A program made the position numbers and the translations under genes. The notes beneath the pieces were generated by a model that worked only from the letters and a program-made list of their open reading frames with translations, made no database searches and had not been told where the DNA came from. From NCBI GenBank assembly GCA_963823665.1, contig CAWGMQ010000010.1:832001-896000 (forward strand): DNA of 64,000 nucleotides, read 5' to 3'. The DNA comes from an uncultured Planctomycetota bacterium (GTDB lineage: Bacteria; Planctomycetota; Planctomycetia; Isosphaerales; Isosphaeraceae). This document shows positions 61,854-64,000 of the stretch, piece after piece. How positions within the stretch are numbered: position 1 is the stretch's first letter; each line of letters opens with the position of its first letter.

Positions 61854-61910
61854 CGCATGGCCCTCCGTTTTTGAAACCGCTACAAGATGTCGCCCTTGAG
61901 GCGCACCGTA

Positions 61911-62129
61911 TCAGCAAGCAGCCGGGGCGGATTCCGTCTCGATCTTCTTCAATTCCTTCAGGATCGCAGGGTCTTGCGCCATCTGTTCAAATTCATCATC
62001 GCTGAAGGCTAGTCTACGAGCCGCCCGATCGCGAATCCGCTGCACCACACGCTCAACCAGCCTGAGCTGATCCGAAACCGAAAGCTCCTCGACCGCGGCC
62101 CCAAGCTCCTACAGCCGTGATTCCGCCAT
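61911..62129 (-). pseudogene. Small antitoxin-like helical protein with TAG at codon 7
   Basis: MAESRL*ELGAAVEELSVSDQLRLVERVVQRIR..QMAQDPAILKELKKIE; AAGGAG upstream. Confidence 0.4.
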
Positions 62130-62270
62130 GATCTCTAGCTCCTTGGTAATCACCAGATTATACCATCACAGAAGAGCCGGACCGAAAGCTTACATCGTCC
62201 GAAGCGCGCAGTGCGAAGCTCTTCCGCCTGACTACGTGCATTTGCGCCAAACCCAAGGACTGCACCACCC

Positions 62271-63512
62271 ATGAAACGAATCGCCATCTTCGTTGCTTCC
62301 GCCATGATCAACTCCACCATAGTTGCCCAGACCAAAGCCCCTCTACCCCCAATCCCCGCCCCGCAATCCATCCCCAAGCCCGCCCCCGACACCGGCCAAC
62401 CTTACGCCCCCCAGGCCATCCTCCCCGGCGGCATCGTCGTCCCCCTCTTCCCGCCCAATTCCCCCTATTTGAAGCCCGACAAGGTCCACGTCCCCGAGAT
62501 CTACAACATGAGCCAGGCCGTTCCCGGGCGCATCAGCAGCATCGTCTCCATCCACAATCCGTCGATCGAAGTCCACATGGTCGAGAAATCCTTGAACACC
62601 GGCACCGCCGTCATCGTGATCGCCGGAGGAGGTCACCGCACCTTGAACGTGGGCGGCGAGAGGCGCAGACTTCGTTTCCTTCTTCTACAACTACGGCATC
62701 AACACGATCATTCTGCGCAACCGGCTCCGCGCCGACGGCTACATCGCCGAGGTCGACGCCGTCCACGACGCACAACAGGCCGTCCGCGTCGTCCGCGCTT
62801 ACGCCAAGAACTGGGGCATCGACCCCAAAAAGATCGGCGTCATGGGCTTCTCTGCCGGTGCCGAGCTCGCCGCTCCAGCCGCCGTGTTGTACGAAGACTG
62901 GGACAAGAAGAATACCGATCCATCCGACCCGTTCTCCGGCATCTCCGCGCGCCGGACTTCGCCGGCATCATCTACCCCGGCCCGACGCCCTTCGCTCGCA
63001 ACCGCACAGCACCGCCGATCCCCAAGGACGTCCCGCCCGCCTTTCTCGTCTGCGCCAGCGCCGGCGACCGCATCCACACCATCTGGGCTCTCGACTACTA
63101 CCAGGCGATGCTGTCGGCCGGTGTCCCCAACGTAGAAATCCACCTCTACGGCAACGGCCGCCACCCGGGCGATGCCCTCCCGGACGGAACCCGCATGTCC
63201 GGCGGCCTCACCGACCGCAACAATATCCCGTTCGGCACCTGGCAATTCCGCTTCATCGACTGGGCCCGAGACCTCGGCTTCCTCCGGAAGCCCGGCATCG
63301 AAACCAAGGCCGCCCAGGACGTAGCGAGCTACCTGGCAAACCCACCCCGTCCATTCGGACAAGGACAGGCCCCGGGACGCGGAGGCCCCGGCCGAGGAGC
63401 CTCACCCCCTGCGAAAGGGGCGCCCGCAACCCCCGCCGGATCCGCGGTTTCCCCGTCCGCAGCAACCGATCTGCAGCGAAAAAATAACCCGAGCGATACC
63501 CCCAAACACTGA
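62271..63512 (+). CDS. Secreted alpha/beta-hydrolase (xylan esterase-like); two compensating frameshifts (~62660, ~62950)
   Basis: AGGGH oxyanion motif in the main frame; IDPKKIGVMGFSAG nucleophile motif in the alternate frame; returns at PDFAGIIYPG. Confidence 0.8.
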   Translation: MKRIAIFVASAMINSTIVAQTKAPLPPIPAPQSIPKPAPDTGQPYAPQAILPGGIVVPLFPPNSPYLKPDKVHVPEIYNMSQAVPGRISSIVSIHNPSIEVHMVEKSLNTGTAVIVIAGGGHRTLNVGGERRRLRFLLLQLRHQHDHSAQPAPRRRLHRRGRRRPRRTTGRPRRPRLRQELGHRPQKDRRHGLLCRCRARRSSRRVVRRLGQEEYRSIRPVLRHLRAPDFAGIIYPGPTPFARNRTAPPIPKDVPPAFLVCASAGDRIHTIWALDYYQAMLSAGVPNVEIHLYGNGRHPGDALPDGTRMSGGLTDRNNIPFGTWQFRFIDWARDLGFLRKPGIETKAAQDVASYLANPPRPFGQGQAPGRGGPGRGASPPAKGAPATPAGSAVSPSAATDLQRKNNPSDTPKH

Positions 63513-63669
63513 CCCGAAGCGCCAGCGAGGCGCATACGAGAAAGCGCTAATCCACGACCCGCGTTGGGCGCGGGTGTCTGGCCCCGCCCTCTTGAGCGAC
63601 CGAAGGTCTCCAGGCGACCGCTCGATCGAAGATTGACGCAATCCAGTGTGACCCCGGCGCGACGTGCGG

Positions 63670-64000
63670 CTAGTTGTCCGCACGCGTCGCGCCATCCCCA
63701 TCGACCATCGCTCCCACTCCCACCGCCCGCACCGGCTCAACCTCCCCATGCAGCTTCCGCAAGTACGCCCGCGAAATATCCGACCGCCTCACCAATCCGA
63801 TCACCCGGTTCTGGTGCGACCCATCCACGACCGGCAGCGCCGGCAGCTCGTTCTCGGCAAAGAGCTGCATCCCCAGGTCCAGCCGATCTTCCGGATGCAG
63901 CGGCCGCACGTCCGATCTCATCAAGTCCGCGGCCAGGAGCCACGAGCTTGCATTGCCGGCTCCTGCGGCGACGTGAACTTCATCCATCACGATCACACCA
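63670..64000 (-). CDS. CBS-domain C-terminus of a protein truncated by the window edge
   Basis: AADLMRSDVRPLHPEDRL..LPVVD..VIGLVRRSDI. Confidence 0.75.
   Translation of the reverse strand, partial: GVIVMDEVHVAAGAGNASSWLLAADLMRSDVRPLHPEDRLDLGMQLFAENELPALPVVDGSHQNRVIGLVRRSDISRAYLRKLHGEVEPVRAVGVGAMVDGDGATRADN

Overview
GC-rich bacterial DNA with a Planctomycetota-like (Isosphaeraceae-like) gene repertoire: three large Ser/Thr kinases with WD40 or TPR tails, DUF1501, an ECF sigma factor with a C-terminal extension, and Tat-exported oxidoreductases. This taxonomic call is inferred from gene content only. Many single-base frameshifts, often in homopolymer runs, suggest long-read indel errors. The main candidate for an undescribed system is at 3.7-8.0 kb. 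It comprises a non-retron, non-intron reverse transcriptase (WVDD active site, helical C-terminus) preceded by a ~200-430 nt structured non-coding leader containing a perfect 13-bp inverted repeat. The RT is followed by a 48-aa ORF and a P-loop kinase fused to a Cas4/AddB-like PD-(D/E)XK nuclease, with a divergent HAD nucleotidase upstream and a convergent LRR-Roc-COR-TIR gene downstream, giving a probable defence island. Second, a 1.1-1.4 kb non-coding element occurs in two diverged, inverted copies, and a ~130-bp nested inverted-repeat module occurs four times with a co-varying repeat unit. These copies flip orientation around a dif-like site at 42.85 kb, where GC skew also appears to invert (possible replication terminus). 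Also present: tRNA-Sec, prfB with its programmed +1 frameshift, a 12 x 67-bp REP-like array, a chimeric duplication, and an ECF sigma-membrane-fusion-protein fusion.
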